From the NCBI GenBank assembly GCA_951406725.2, contig OX597831.1, positions 50,654,001-50,718,000 of the forward strand: 64,000 bases of DNA, given 5' to 3'. The position numbers and the translations under genes were made by a program. The notes beneath the pieces were generated by a model. It was not told the origin of the DNA, searched no databases, and was given only the letters and a program-made list of their open reading frames with translations. Of this stretch, positions 12,346 through 25,264 are shown piece by piece; positions within the stretch are counted from its first letter, which is position 1, and every line of letters starts with the position of its first letter. This DNA comes from Octopus vulgaris (taxonomy: Eukaryota).

Positions 12346-12594
12346 TGGAGGCGCGTGACTTAGTTGTTAGGGTGTCAGCACCATGATCGTAATATTGTAG
12401 TTTCGATTCCTGGACCGCGCGACGCGTTGTGTTCTTGAGCAAAACACTTCATTTCACGTTGCTCCAGTCCACTCAGCTGGCAAAAATGAGTAACGCTGCG
12501 ATGGACTGGCGTCCCGTCCAGCTGGGGAACACATGCGCCATACAAACCGGGAAACCGGGCCCATGAGCCTGGCTAGGCTTTAAAAAGGGCGCAT
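12346..12594 (+). mobile_element. SINE family D, near-consensus
   Basis: tRNA head, CORE-like body, tail ending ggctaggctttaaaaagggcgcat. Confidence 0.93.
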
Positions 12595-14132
12595 TTATTT
12601 TATTTTTAAAGTAAGGAGTGCTCTCAACAGCTCAGGGCGCCCAGACATCAGAGGATCAATAAAATCATTAAAATTAGAAATAGATATGAGTGAAGTGAAA
12701 GAATACCCTCACCTTTAACAAGCATGGTAACAATATGCATATATTTCGATCTTATAAAGTCTTAGTGAACCAAAGTCATTAAAGTTTTTTCTACGAAGAC
12801 AGAAATACCAGTCATACATACATACAGATGTACAGAGAGATGAGCATCAATTTCTATCACTATTTATATGGCGGTGCCCCCAGCATGGCCACAGCTCGTG
12901 AGCTGAAACTAGATAAAATTAAAATAAATAAAAAAAATTAACTAAGAATAAAATATTGTCTCTTTTTGTATCTGCACATCTATATCTTAGCTTCTTGTCA
13001 ATTTTTATACATCTATATCTTTACACACGTGTTCGTGTGTGCATGCTTATTGTTTAATCCATCTAACTATCTGTATATCTGTCTGCCTAGCCATCTATCT
13101 ATCTAAAGTTTCAGCGAGAATGTTTCTAAATATAGCAAAAGGAATTTAAATTGGTCTTAGGTTTCAAATACTGACTGCGTTGTGCTCTAAGAACTAACAT
13201 CTGCTTGTTTTATCTATTATTCTAGCTATGTATCTAATAATCTATTTAAGGTGGTGCGGTGCTTTGTTGAAATTGTGAAACATCCAGGTGTTATTTCAGC
13301 ATAGTGTAGTTTGGTTGTAGTTTTATAAAACAATCTCTAAAGCCACAACTGAACTAAGTGTATTCATCTCTCGATCGATCGCTAATTATGAATATGTACA
13401 TATATATGTAGCATTCAATCTTGTATTCGTATTCGTGTTTGTACATATTTACTGATGCTAAACTTTCATTTTGCTATACAAAATGTTAGCTCATTATATT
13501 TCTCAAATTTAGCAAGAATAAAAAAAAATAGGTACATCAGACGAAATCAGAATTCCCATGACATCTGTTTAAGGAACGGATCAATTATGAGAGGAAAAAA
13601 TTTACGCAACTAAAATAAGGATAAAAGAGATCTGATTAATTTCTATATATTATACATTCAGAAATAGTATTGATAAGGACGCCTATACAACTATACAACG
13701 ATACTACGTCGTTTTTGTAGAAGGCTGAGAAGCATTATTGTGTTTATAAATAAACATTCAGCTAGAATATGCGTTATAACGGAACATATTTGAACTTCAA
13801 TTCATTCATATATATATATATATATATATAAATTTAAGGATATGTATATGTATGCTAGCACGTGCATAGGTAGATCGTTGCGCGCGCACGCACACGCAAA
13901 CACGTACATGCACATACATACACACATATAGGGAGAGGGAGAGGGAGAGAGAGACAAAGAAACATATATATATATACATGTATGCTTAGATATGTGTATT
14001 TATGTATACATATACAGGCATATATATATTCGTATGTATGCAGATATGTGTATATGTTTGTGCGTGCGTGTGCGTGGATATATATGTATACTTACACATA
14101 TTTGTATCTATGTATGTATATATACATATGAA

Positions 14133-14133
14133 T

Positions 14134-14232
<99 letters not shown>
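14133..14232. repeat. (GATA)n microsatellite
   Basis: Directly visible. Confidence 0.98.
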
Positions 14233-15175
14233 TTACGAATGATGCGTTTAAACTTACATGCATAACAAATGAATACATATGTATGTATGTGAGTGTGTCT
14301 GTGTAAAATGAGTTAAAGACATTTAAATATTACTGTAATAATGATTGCTTCTTTATTTATCATATAATATCGATAATAATGATAACAATTACACTTAAAT
14401 TCAACATAAGCATCAGACGTCAGTCGGAACTGACGAGAACAAAGAAGCAACAGAAGCCCGTGGTTCCAGACGATAGCAAATACAACATCGAAAACAACAT
14501 CAAGAATAGAATTAACGCTAATGTCGACAGCAAAAACTCTACCACCAAGTAAACACCAAAAGTAAGATCGTCAACAATATATTCCGGTTAGTTACTAGAA
14601 ACCATAACACTGATTTCAAAGTAAAAGCTAGAAAGCCTAATGGTTAGGCAAATATGCAAGCTGAGTATGTGAATAGATGTTAATTGAAAGTCCATTCTCT
14701 GTTTTCTTTTATTGTGTGTGTACCTGAAACCATTCATGTTGTAAACTATTTCGTGATCAGAAAAGTAGACATTTACACATTGAAAATACGATTCACATCT
14801 GAGAATACAATATGAGGAAATTGCCCTAAAATCCTGGATTAGAACAACAGGAAAAGGCACTAAAGTAATTTGCTATGAAAAGAATTACCGGAACTCACAT
14901 GGGAAAGATGATATCCGAAACAGTCGACTAAAGGAAATATTCATGATGCATGAATACAGGCCTACTTTACGTAAATGCTTTAAAACAGCGATAGAAATGC
15001 CGGTGAAAACAGAGGCGCAAGGATACACAATACTACCTTCCCAAATAAATAAGCTGTGGACTTCAGCCGCGAAGTTATACAGAACATATCTGTTTGCATG
15101 TATGTATATATACATAAATACATGTATTTATGTGTGTATACACATACACACACTCACACACATATATTATTTTAT

Positions 15176-15536
15176 TCTCTTGTTCTTTTACTTGTTTCAG
15201 TCGTATGACTGCGGCTGTGCTGGAGCACCACTTTTAGTCGAACTAATCGAACTCAGGACTTATTTTTTTGTAAACCTAGTACTTATTCTATCGGGGACGT
15301 AAACACACCAACATCGGTTGTCAAGCGATGGTGGAGGGACAAACACAGACACAAATAATAAACACACACATACACATATATTATACGACGGACTTCTTTT
15401 AGTTTCTGTCTACCAAATCCACTCACGGCTCGAGGCTACAATAGAAGACACTCGCCCAAGGTGCCACACAGTGGGGCTGAACCCGGAACTATGTGGTTGG
15501 GAAGCAAGCTTCTTACCACACAGCGACTCCTGCACC

Positions 15537-15538
<2 letters not shown>
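15176..15538 (-). mobile_element. SINE family A, diverged with internal deletions
   Basis: Reverse complement of the family A sequence. Confidence 0.9.
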
Positions 15539-15572
<34 letters not shown>

Positions 15573-15736
15573 GAGAGAGAAAAACAGACAGACAGACAGA
15601 GACAAAGAGGTAGATAAATACATAAATAGATATATTGGTGCGTATACATAAATAAATATGCTGAAAAATTTAAAATTTAAAATTTTCCACCGTGGCTAGC
15701 ATGCATCAAATAGTCAATAGACAACATATTTTTCGT

Positions 15737-15926
15737 ATAAAATTAGTGTACATTTATACACAAAAGTGGTCACCCTAACAGGACACATTACGTGATAAAA
15801 TGCTTCTATTTTTCATCCCCTTCGAAATTACTCTTAACCGTGATTTGGGCTTTGACTGCTCCTTTTAGCATGTGAGGTGTCCTGTTAGGGTCACCTCTTT
15901 TGTGCATGAATGTACACTAATTTTAT
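15737..15926. mobile_element. Small fold-back/MITE, ~64-bp inverted arms
   Basis: ataaaattagtgtacatttatacacaaaagtggtcaccctaacaggacac versus gtgtcctgttagggtcacctcttttgtgcatgaatgtacactaattttat. Confidence 0.8.
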
Positions 15927-15930
15927 GTGT

Positions 15931-15974
<44 letters not shown>

Positions 15975-18316
15975 GCGTGCGTGTATGTGCACGCATTTCT
16001 ATCCATACAAACACATACATACTTGTGGGTACTGAAACTGAATGTTTATTTCGCAACTCAAGTTTCACGCTACTGCATTCTGCGGGCGAGAACTGTTACA
16101 AGTGTAGTTATATCTGCCGGTTTGGAAGAGATGTAATGATTGACGCATTTCATTTGTTTGCCTTCCGCGTATGCTTCTTGCACGTTATTTCCCTACATTT
16201 TCATTGATTATTTTTGTCGAATGGTGTTTTATTTCTTATGATTAAGCATGATTAAATGCACACTTTTAATCTGTTTAATCACTCTAGATTTATCTTTTAA
16301 TCTAGTTCAAGAAGTCCTTTTGCCAATTTTGATTTTTTATTCTTTTTGATCAAGACTATATTCTTAAGAGGTTTTGTTTACGCATCGTATTTTATTTGTA
16401 AATGTTTTTTGATCACTATTACAGGATTTTGCTGAAACATATTTTTTACTGAATTTTACAACAAAACAGTAGAGTTCCATAGCAGAATTATGTTGTCGTG
16501 GCTTTAAGAAACTCTTTGTTAAACTAATTAAAGATTTTAGTTAAAATTATTGGAAGCAATTTTTAATCATAGTTCACGCTTGTGCTTTTGTGTTTGTGCT
16601 TTTGTGCCTGTCTATCTGTCTGTCTGTGTTTCTGTGTATGTGAGTGAATGTGTACGTATAAGAGTCACTGGTTTTCAATATATGTAGATGAGTGTGCATG
16701 GCACGGTTGAATGTTTATAGCTAGAAGGTTATGAAATTATATGCTGGTCAGAAAAAAACAATTTAAATGTCATTTCTATCATACATTCTATGTTGCATTG
16801 TGGATATATTTGTTAATTATAATATATTGGATGTGTCTGTTTCTTTGTGTGTATATGTGTGCATATGCGTGGGTGTGTGGGTGTGCGTGCGAACGTCTGA
16901 TTTCCATATGGTTGTTGATTGGTGAAAATTCTTGTTCTCTGGTTGTGAAGAATATATTTCGAATTTCTTTTTATCCTATTGTGAAGGATGCTGTATAGTA
17001 TACTATATGCATGTATACATTTCTTTTTATATATACATACTCATATAAATATATTTGCTTCGTTCGCCGAATAACATCTGTTCTCTGAATTGTATGTTCT
17101 CACGTGTATGTTTGTGTATATGTTAGTGAGGGTGAATTTTTCCTATTTCACGTGTTTTTCAGTTATCGTCACTGGCAAAATTTCCTTAACTGTTGTGTGC
17201 AGCTACTTCTTATGTGTTGATATATGTTTCCTTCTTTTAAGCAGGCCATAGGAGCGCTTATAATTTATGAGTGCTTCAACTGACTGCGTTAAGTTTGATG
17301 TTAAAAAATTGGCTATAAGCTCTATGCAATAGCCTTTTTGATTCAGTAAAAGTATGAGTGCCTCGGAAATCAAACTGACTATTGAAGAGGTATGATATTT
17401 CAAGAGCATACCCAATGAAAACTATGCCATATCTCCTCAGTTCTTGCACATCTATCTATGAACTATATGTAATGGACCGAAGGGAATTTAACAATAGGTA
17501 GTAACGGATTATGTATGCTCTGCTTAGTTTGTTAGCATTTTATGATGCGAAAGAAAAACACTTTAAATACATTAACGTTTTTAGAAAATAATGGTAAATG
17601 TGTTGAATACAATAACAGGAAATTAAATTAGTACAAGGAAAATACTGTCTCCATACAAAGCATTTTGGATTAAAAACTTATAGCTCCAAATAGCTGAGGA
17701 CAATTCTTAACTCAATAATTGTGGTTTATGCCTAGCTAAAAAGGAACAAAATACTCACATAGGGTATTGTTCCCTTTTAGCTAGGCATAAGTGTTCTAGA
17801 TAAGACAGATCAAGATTTTGTATAAAAGACATGAATAATTTATCAACCATAAATTGAAACATACAACAAGTTTCATAGAGGGAAAACTTATTACCAATTT
17901 TTTAAAATTTTGTCACACTGATAATTAATCTATACCATACGCTGATAATTAAACTGAAAGAGAATGGCATTGACGAAAATAATTTGGAGAATATTCACAT
18001 TATAAGGAAAAAATATTTTTTCATAAAGAACAAAAACCTAAAATATTGGAAATGACTTAAGAACATAACAGTTAATCCATCATATAAGATGAAACTTGTG
18101 AAGTTTGAAGATTCTGCACAGAACATTATTGATTTAAAGAAAACGAAGGTTAATGGAGAGAATTTCACAATTTCTGCTCGCTCGCCGAAGAAAAAGATTT
18201 AATCAACAGTAAATATATCTCATACATCAATTTATCAAATTTGGTAGACACATACATACATACATACATACATACATACATACATACATACATACATACA
18301 TACACACATACATACA

Positions 18317-18348
<32 letters not shown>

Positions 18349-18351
18349 CAA

Positions 18352-18862
18352 AGAAGAGGAACTGTACACAGTTGTGGAAATTAGTTGCCCAGCGGATGTT
18401 AACATAAAGCTGAGGATCAGTTAAAAATTGAACACCTAAGCTTAGCTATTGAGAATTCTGCAGTTACTCTATCCAGATCACAAGTTCGCGTTTATACCTG
18501 TAAATATTGTGGTCTGGGATATGTAACACACTGCCTAAATACCAATCTTGAGAAATTAGGCTACTCAAAACCAGAAAGGAGAAAGCTAATTCGAAGACTA
18601 CAGATCCAATCCAGCAGCCGAACTGTAAAAGTCTGTAAAACTTTCCAGAGGTTTATGATTTAAATATATATGAGCATGTCTAGATAAGTAACTATATGCA
18701 TAAGACTACATACATAAAATATAAAAATTTGCACATACATTCATACATACAAAAATATCTTGTTGTTGTTGTTGAAATTCCAGTGAAGGAGTATTGGATA
18801 TAGGTTAAGAAAATGATTCTTTCTCTATTGCCAAGAAATCTTGAAATAAATTGAATAATGAC
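18352..18862 (+). mobile_element. 3' end of an RLE-type (R2/R4/NeSL-like) non-LTR retrotransposon
   Basis: Translation VVEISCPADVNIKLRIS*KLNT*A*LLRILQLLYPDHKFAFIPV../GLGYVT...CKTFQRFMI* fits a restriction-like endonuclease C-terminus; 3' UTR follows; CATA repeats on both sides. Confidence 0.8.
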
Positions 18863-18876
18863 ATACATATACATAC

Positions 18877-18940
<64 letters not shown>

Positions 18941-19403
18941 GTGTGTGTGTGTGTGTGTGTACATGAGTAAGCACATAAATACAAAAATAAGGTGGATAAA
19001 ACAGTACTAGAATACCGAAGGTGGAGTTACATGCATTTTTTTAGTAAAGAACATCACAATTTCATTCCTTTCTTTATTACAACTGCCCTACCAAATTCTG
19101 AGTGATAGTTTAGTTTTTGTTGTTTTCCAGCTTTAATAATAACAATAATAATAATAATATATATATATATATATACATACAGTACGTTTAAAGTTATTCA
19201 ACTATCTATTTCGCATTCATATATTAACAGTTTAGATATTAATTATGAAAACCATTATTCTATTCTAATTGGGTTAATTTTGTCAAGCTCCCTTTTCAGT
19301 TTGTAAGACAGAAATTTAAATGTAATATAATGGTTTAAAAGAAATTTAAAGTGATTACGTAATAACTATAAACCTACTTTTAAGCCACCTGTGTGTACAT
19401 ATA

Positions 19404-19467
<64 letters not shown>

Positions 19468-19780
19468 TTAATAAATTTCAGGGTGGTAAAAAAATATTTA
19501 GAAATCTTTTGCTACCAGTGGTCTAGCGAGAAGAAAAAACTAGTCAATAGACTTTATATAATTCATATAAAAATACAGTGTATATTTAAACACAAAACAG
19601 GACATCTTACCCGCTAGAAGGAGTCGTTAAACTCCAAACCACTGTTAGGGGTAATTTCGAAAGCGAATGAAAAATAAAAATATATATATGAAACGTTCAA
19701 TTAAATTTGACAGTATGTGTGTGTCTATAATATATAAAACTAGATTAAACTGAGGACAAACATATAGGCATATACGCATG

Positions 19781-19841
<61 letters not shown>

Positions 19842-19851
19842 TGAGTGAGTG

Positions 19852-19934
<83 letters not shown>

Positions 19935-19977
19935 GGGATAGAGAGATTGATAGATAGATATAGATATAGATATACTA

Positions 19978-20284
19978 AGGAGCACTCCCTCGCTTACGAC
20001 GACGAGGGTCCCAGATGATAGATCAACGGAACAGCTTGCTCGTGAAATTAACGTGCAAGCGGTAGAGCACTCCACATACACGTGTACCTTTAACGTTGTT
20101 CTCGGGAAGATTCAGCATGGCACAGTGTATGACAAGATTGGTCCTTTGAAATACAGGTACTACTCATTTTCGCCAGCTGAGTGGACCGATGCAACGTGAT
20201 ATAAAGTGTCTTGCTCAAGGACGCAACGACCTTACTCACGACCTTACTATTGTGAGCCGAATGCCCTAACCACAGAGCCATACG
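19978..20284 (-). mobile_element. Chimeric SINE: D head/CORE-like body + C tail
   Basis: 19978-20158 matches the family C 3' half; 20160-20284 matches the D body/head. Confidence 0.88.
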
Positions 20285-21135
20285 TATACATATATATACT
20301 TACAGACGTATACATATAGAGATACAAACGAAGATAGCACATGCATACATATTACATATATATATGCATATATACACAAATATTTTCATACATATGTACA
20401 TACATAGATATTTGATCTGTGATTAAGGAAACTATATTAATTAGAAATGATCATGAAAGGAGGTGGGGGTGAAATAGAAAGAATAGAAATAGAAGGTAGA
20501 GCAAGAGGGAAATGTAGTGGGGAAAGTAAAGAAACAGACTTGAAACTAACTATTATATAGAATTTGGCATTTCACAATGGTTTTATAATTTCAATATTAA
20601 AAAAAAAAACAGAAATCTATTTCGAGTAATCAGTAAAGAAATCGATAAGATAATAGTTGAATTATCTAATATAAACCTAATCTAAATGAAAATATCACTT
20701 GAAGAAAAACAACCAACACAAAATTATTCGTTCGATACCAAACCTACTATCACACAGACACCAATGCATCCAGCGAAGCGATCAGCGAACAATTATTCAA
20801 AGAGCTAAGCGGGTTATTTTTCTTACAACAAAAGAATAATATTACAATGCAATTTTTCTTTAATTCTGTCTAATGAAACCACCGAATGAAATGCTATCTT
20901 TAAATATTTGTTTATATATATATATATATATATCAAGTCTATTTGCCAAAACAATGTGGCAGTCCTACACAGGAGGATGTTACTACTTTTTAGCCCCATG
21001 AAGACATATTTTCCAGCTGACTGCCGACACATGGTCTGTGTCCGTATACTTCTAGCCTTAGAGATGCCTGTAGACCAATGGTTTCAGGGTTATTTCTATT
21101 GCTCGGTACACAATGGTGTATATAATATATATATG

Positions 21136-21177
<42 letters not shown>

Positions 21178-21271
21178 TGTGTATATATATATATGTATAT
21201 ATACACACACATATATACATATTTATGTATATATACACATATATATATATATATATATATTCAGATATATA

Positions 21272-22976
21272 TATGGGGTGGGGCAGCTGATCAGCAATCT
21301 TTTTTTGTACATGGCACGAACGATTGTCCAGCAACTAACTTGGCTTCAAACCCGCCATCACACAATACCACCACCAACAGCAGATACAGGATGACCACCA
21401 CTGACACCAACACACACATCACAAAGATATTTCTTTTGAATATAGGAGGGCAGTTACATGACACCTGTAAATCAAAAATCTTATTCCTGAGAGACCTTGC
21501 GGCATGCATGGAAGTTTTATGCATGACACTTGTAGATACGCATCTTAGACCTGATATAGGGGATGCAAAAGTACATATACCACAATATGTTGTCATACGG
21601 TCAGATAGAAAGGAGAGGAGCTATGGTGGAGTTGCTGTGTACATCCGAGAGAACCTCATGCCCCAGATCCTGCTGTCATATTCTAATTCAGTGTGTGGCA
21701 CTCAAATTGTACACATAAGACAACTTATTATTGATATATGTACAACGTATCGCCCACCAGATGCTCCGGGTCATACAGGCAAATTTGAAGACTTCCTACT
21801 AAAGATAGGAGTTCTCCTTAAACTGGAACAACACATTAATGTATTCCTTTTGGGTGGTTTTAACTTCCCATACATGAGATGGCCTTGGGGCCAGATTCTC
21901 CCAGGAATGACACACCAACAGCAGGCACAAGCGGAGTCAGTCCATGCTCCAACTTACGAATGCCTCTTTCATGGAACAAATCGGGCTGCAGCCAACGAGG
22001 GTAAATAATATACTGGATCTCTACTTCAAAAAAAATAAGGACATTATCCATAATTTTAAAGTGAAACCGATGCTGATCTCGGGTCACAATATAATAGAGC
22101 TGTATATGTATGGACCAACAGCTCCTGCATACATACATCCTATGCGAAGCACCCAAAACTAAATTTTCACAAAGCAAATTGGAAGATGATTGAGAAAGAG
22201 ATTCTCAAACAGGATTGGCCTAAATGTATCTCCACACCAGACATTGACAGGAAACAAACATTTTACGTCCATAATACAAGCCATATGTGATAAATCTGTC
22301 CCATTGTGCAAGGCCAACATACACAAAAACAGGATCCCCAGAGAAAAGAAGATTCATATGAGAAGACGGACAAAGATTGCCTACCGCCTGAGCAAGCATC
22401 CCAAAAGTTGCGAGAAGTCTCGTCTGAAGAGAGTGCTATGGGAAATTGAGGAACGTCTGCATCAGTCTCATGAAAAGGAGAGAGAGCAAATAAAGAAGCT
22501 TGGGTTATAGAAAATATCAAGTCAAACCCTAAAGCTTTCTTTAAGTTTGCTAAAGAATCAGCCTCAATACGCCACAAGATAGGACTCCTCTTCCAAAAAG
22601 ATGGCTCCCTCACAGAAAACCACATAAGTGAAATACTGACCGAACAGTTCCAAAGTGTGTTCACTATACCGCCGGAATACAGGCAAGTGGACACACCAGC
22701 GGAAGTCTTTGCCACATTACCTAAAACCGAAGAAGTTAAAAACTTGAGTACATAAACATTGAAGAAGATGTAATACTGGCCATAGATAAAGTTGACACAA
22801 ACTCAGCGGTTGGCCCTGATGGGTTTCCAGCGGTCCTACTCAAATCATGCAAGCAAGCTCTTACAAAACCACTGCAGATTCTCTCCCAGAGTTTCCTTGC
22901 AAGTGGTAAGCTCCCAGACAAACTGAAGGAAGGGATAATATGCTTTATCCATAAGGGAGGAAGCAGAGAAGACGCC
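21272..22976 (+). pseudogene. CR1/Jockey-group LINE ORF2 fragment: APE endonuclease to the start of RT
   Basis: Motifs LLNIGG, LVDTHL, RSDRKERSYGGVAVYI, YRPPD, LGGFNFP, PTRVNNILDLYF, SGHNII, IKSNPKAFFKF, SAVGPDGFPAVLLK, FIHKGG across frameshifts. Confidence 0.92.
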
Positions 22977-23533
22977 TTCTAAGTTCCTCGTGCCAGCTAC
23001 TACTCATTAAGATTTTATGGTTCGGCATGGATTTTACCCGGTTAACGCTTTCGACATACTCCTACGTACTGGACCGTCTGAAATTGTAGTTAAACTTTTG
23101 GGTTCACCTCCACCCATTGAGAGGGAGATTAGTTTACTCCTCTCCCCTTAATGCCACCCTCTGTACGAAATTGATCATCGTGTTCGATGTCAGCAAATCC
23201 GAATATAAATGCTTATGTCATAAAATAGAATCCATGTGACCGTTTACATGAAAATATCCTATTGACGTTTAAATCCCGATACATTATATGAAAAATCAAT
23301 ATTTCATATGTCGATGTGCTTAATTTTACTCATGGGTCAATTTTCTTCAAAGTCAGTTCATTAATTTATTGTGACTGAATTTTGAGGATTTCTACCTTTC
23401 ACCAGTTAAATTTTTATTCTACTACATGACTGCGACCATAAACTTTATCTAAATGTCAAATTTCCACAAAATCTGATTAATTCTGTAAAAGTTACGGCAT
23501 AAAATATTAATCCTATGGGTAGCCGATTGATTT

Positions 23534-24112
23534 TTTACCGACAACTCAAATTTCATTAAAATCGGATCAAAAATATGGCCAAAAATAAAATCCCCATGGG
23601 TATTTGCACGAAAAAGCCTATTGATTTTTATAAAACCACAGCTCAAGCGCCATTATCATTAAAATGACGGACACTCTTTGCCATGACCCTTGCTCACTCA
23701 TCGACGTTCATCAAAATCGGACAAAAATTTCAAAAGCTTCAGGAAAAGTAACGTCGTAATGCGAATTTCCATTCAAACATTCCATTATTGATGTCAAATT
23801 TCATTAAAATCGGATCGATGTGATATGATAATTTTACCGACAACTCAAATTTCATTAAAATCGGATCAAAAATATAAAAGTTATGGCCAAAAATAAAATC
23901 CCCATGGGTATTTGCACGAAAAAAGCCTATTGATTTTTATAAAACCACAGCTCAAGCGCCATTATCGACTTTTTTATCAACACTATACACTGACGGACAC
24001 TCTTTGCCATGACCCTTGCTCACTCATCGACGTTCATCAAAATCGGACAAAAATTTCAAAAGCTTCAGGAAAAGTAACGTCGTAATGCGAATTTCCATTC
24101 AAACATTCCATT
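23534..24112 (+). repeat. Near-perfect tandem duplication (~253 and ~280 bp) inside a probable non-autonomous DNA element
   Basis: 23534-23786 equals 23833-24112 except for small indels; recurring aaatttcattaaaatcggatc motif. Confidence 0.9.
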
Positions 24113-24244
24113 GAGCTCAAAAGAATTGATGTCAACGGAGCATTATCAGGTTTTCGAAAAATTCCCGGCCTTATTTGACCTTCAGGGCATGTAATCTACC
24201 GATGTGCCAAAAATCATATATATAAATATATATATATCCATATA

Positions 24245-24276
<32 letters not shown>

Positions 24277-24326
24277 CATATATATATATACATATATATA
24301 TACATATATATATATATACATATATT

Positions 24327-24424
<98 letters not shown>

Positions 24425-24762
24425 CAATTTAAATCTCAACAGTAAAATATTCGGAAATTAATATTTATAAGACATTAATATTTCTATTATCGATGTCTAA
24501 AAAAAATAGTTGATAATAAGAGAAACATTAATATAGATGTTTTCAGGCCTAAAAAATATCATTATAAAGCTAAAGAATTAAAATAATGCTAATCATAAGG
24601 ACATATTGAAGTATCTACCCGCTAAAAATAAGAGTTAGAACTCCTATTTGGACCATCAAAAATTATTTACACTAAAAACAGCAGATTCAATTGTATACCG
24701 ACAGATTGAAAAAAATCTCTTACAAATATAACATAAAATTAAGTATTTACTGGTATAGGTGT

Positions 24763-24816
24763 ATATGTTGATGTGATTTTGGATTTATACAAAGATCTTA
24801 CCATCTCCAGCACATC
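24763..24816 (-). ncRNA. Degenerate hammerhead motif (mirror copy of 25001-25052)
   Basis: Reverse complement gatgtg-CTGGAGA-TGGT...TCCA-AAAT; the GAAA box is mutated. Confidence 0.45.
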
Positions 24817-25000
24817 TCACGCCTTCAAAACGTTATCCCAATCTGGCACGTTGATATCTGCTGGCGTCCTCAACTGCTTAGCGCCAAAAGCGGACGGTCT
24901 CAGTATTAACAGTACTAATCAGCAGTAAGATACTCGAAAGTGATTGAGGACGCCAGCAGATATCAATTCAAGAGATTGGGATAATGTTTCAAAGGGCCAA

Positions 25001-25052
25001 GATGTACTGAAGAAGGTACAATCTTTGCATCAAACCAGAAACAGGTCCATAT
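25001..25052 (+). ncRNA. Minimal type I hammerhead ribozyme motif
   Basis: gatgta-CTGAAGA-AGGT..16 nt..ACCA-GAAA-CAG-GTC-catat: both core boxes, stem II GGT/ACC, minimal stem III, GUC cleavage triplet, imperfect stem I atgt/atat. Confidence 0.72.
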
Positions 25053-25228
25053 ATCTACCTATTCCAGTAAATATTTAGCTTTATAGTATATTGTTATTAA
25101 AGAGATTTTATCGGTCTGCTAGTATACCGTTGAATCTGTTGTTTTTTCACTGCAATTATTTTTGGGTGGTCCAAAAAGAGTTATGACTCTTATTTCTAGC
25201 GGGTAGACACTTAAATGTGTCCTTATTA

Positions 25229-25264
<36 letters not shown>

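Larger units (their letters stand above)
24590..25231. mobile_element. Long inverted-repeat element (arms 24590-24873 and 24944-25231), Penelope-pLTR-like
   Basis: Arms are diverged reverse complements along their whole length (e.g. ttgatatctgctggcgtcctcaa / ttgaggacgccagcagatatcaa); lies between (TA)n tracts; each arm carries a hammerhead motif. Confidence 0.85.

Noticed and set aside
14448-14498. CTGACGA-GAAC...GTTC
   Set aside because: Followed by CAGA rather than GAAA; no stem I or stem III.
17385-17450. Minus-strand CTGAGGA...GAAA
   Set aside because: Stem II does not close at the core and stem I is absent; likely chance.
20908-21271. N-terminal part of the 366-aa ORF
   Set aside because: Read-through of unique sequence and (TA)n; only the part after ~21400 is LINE endonuclease.
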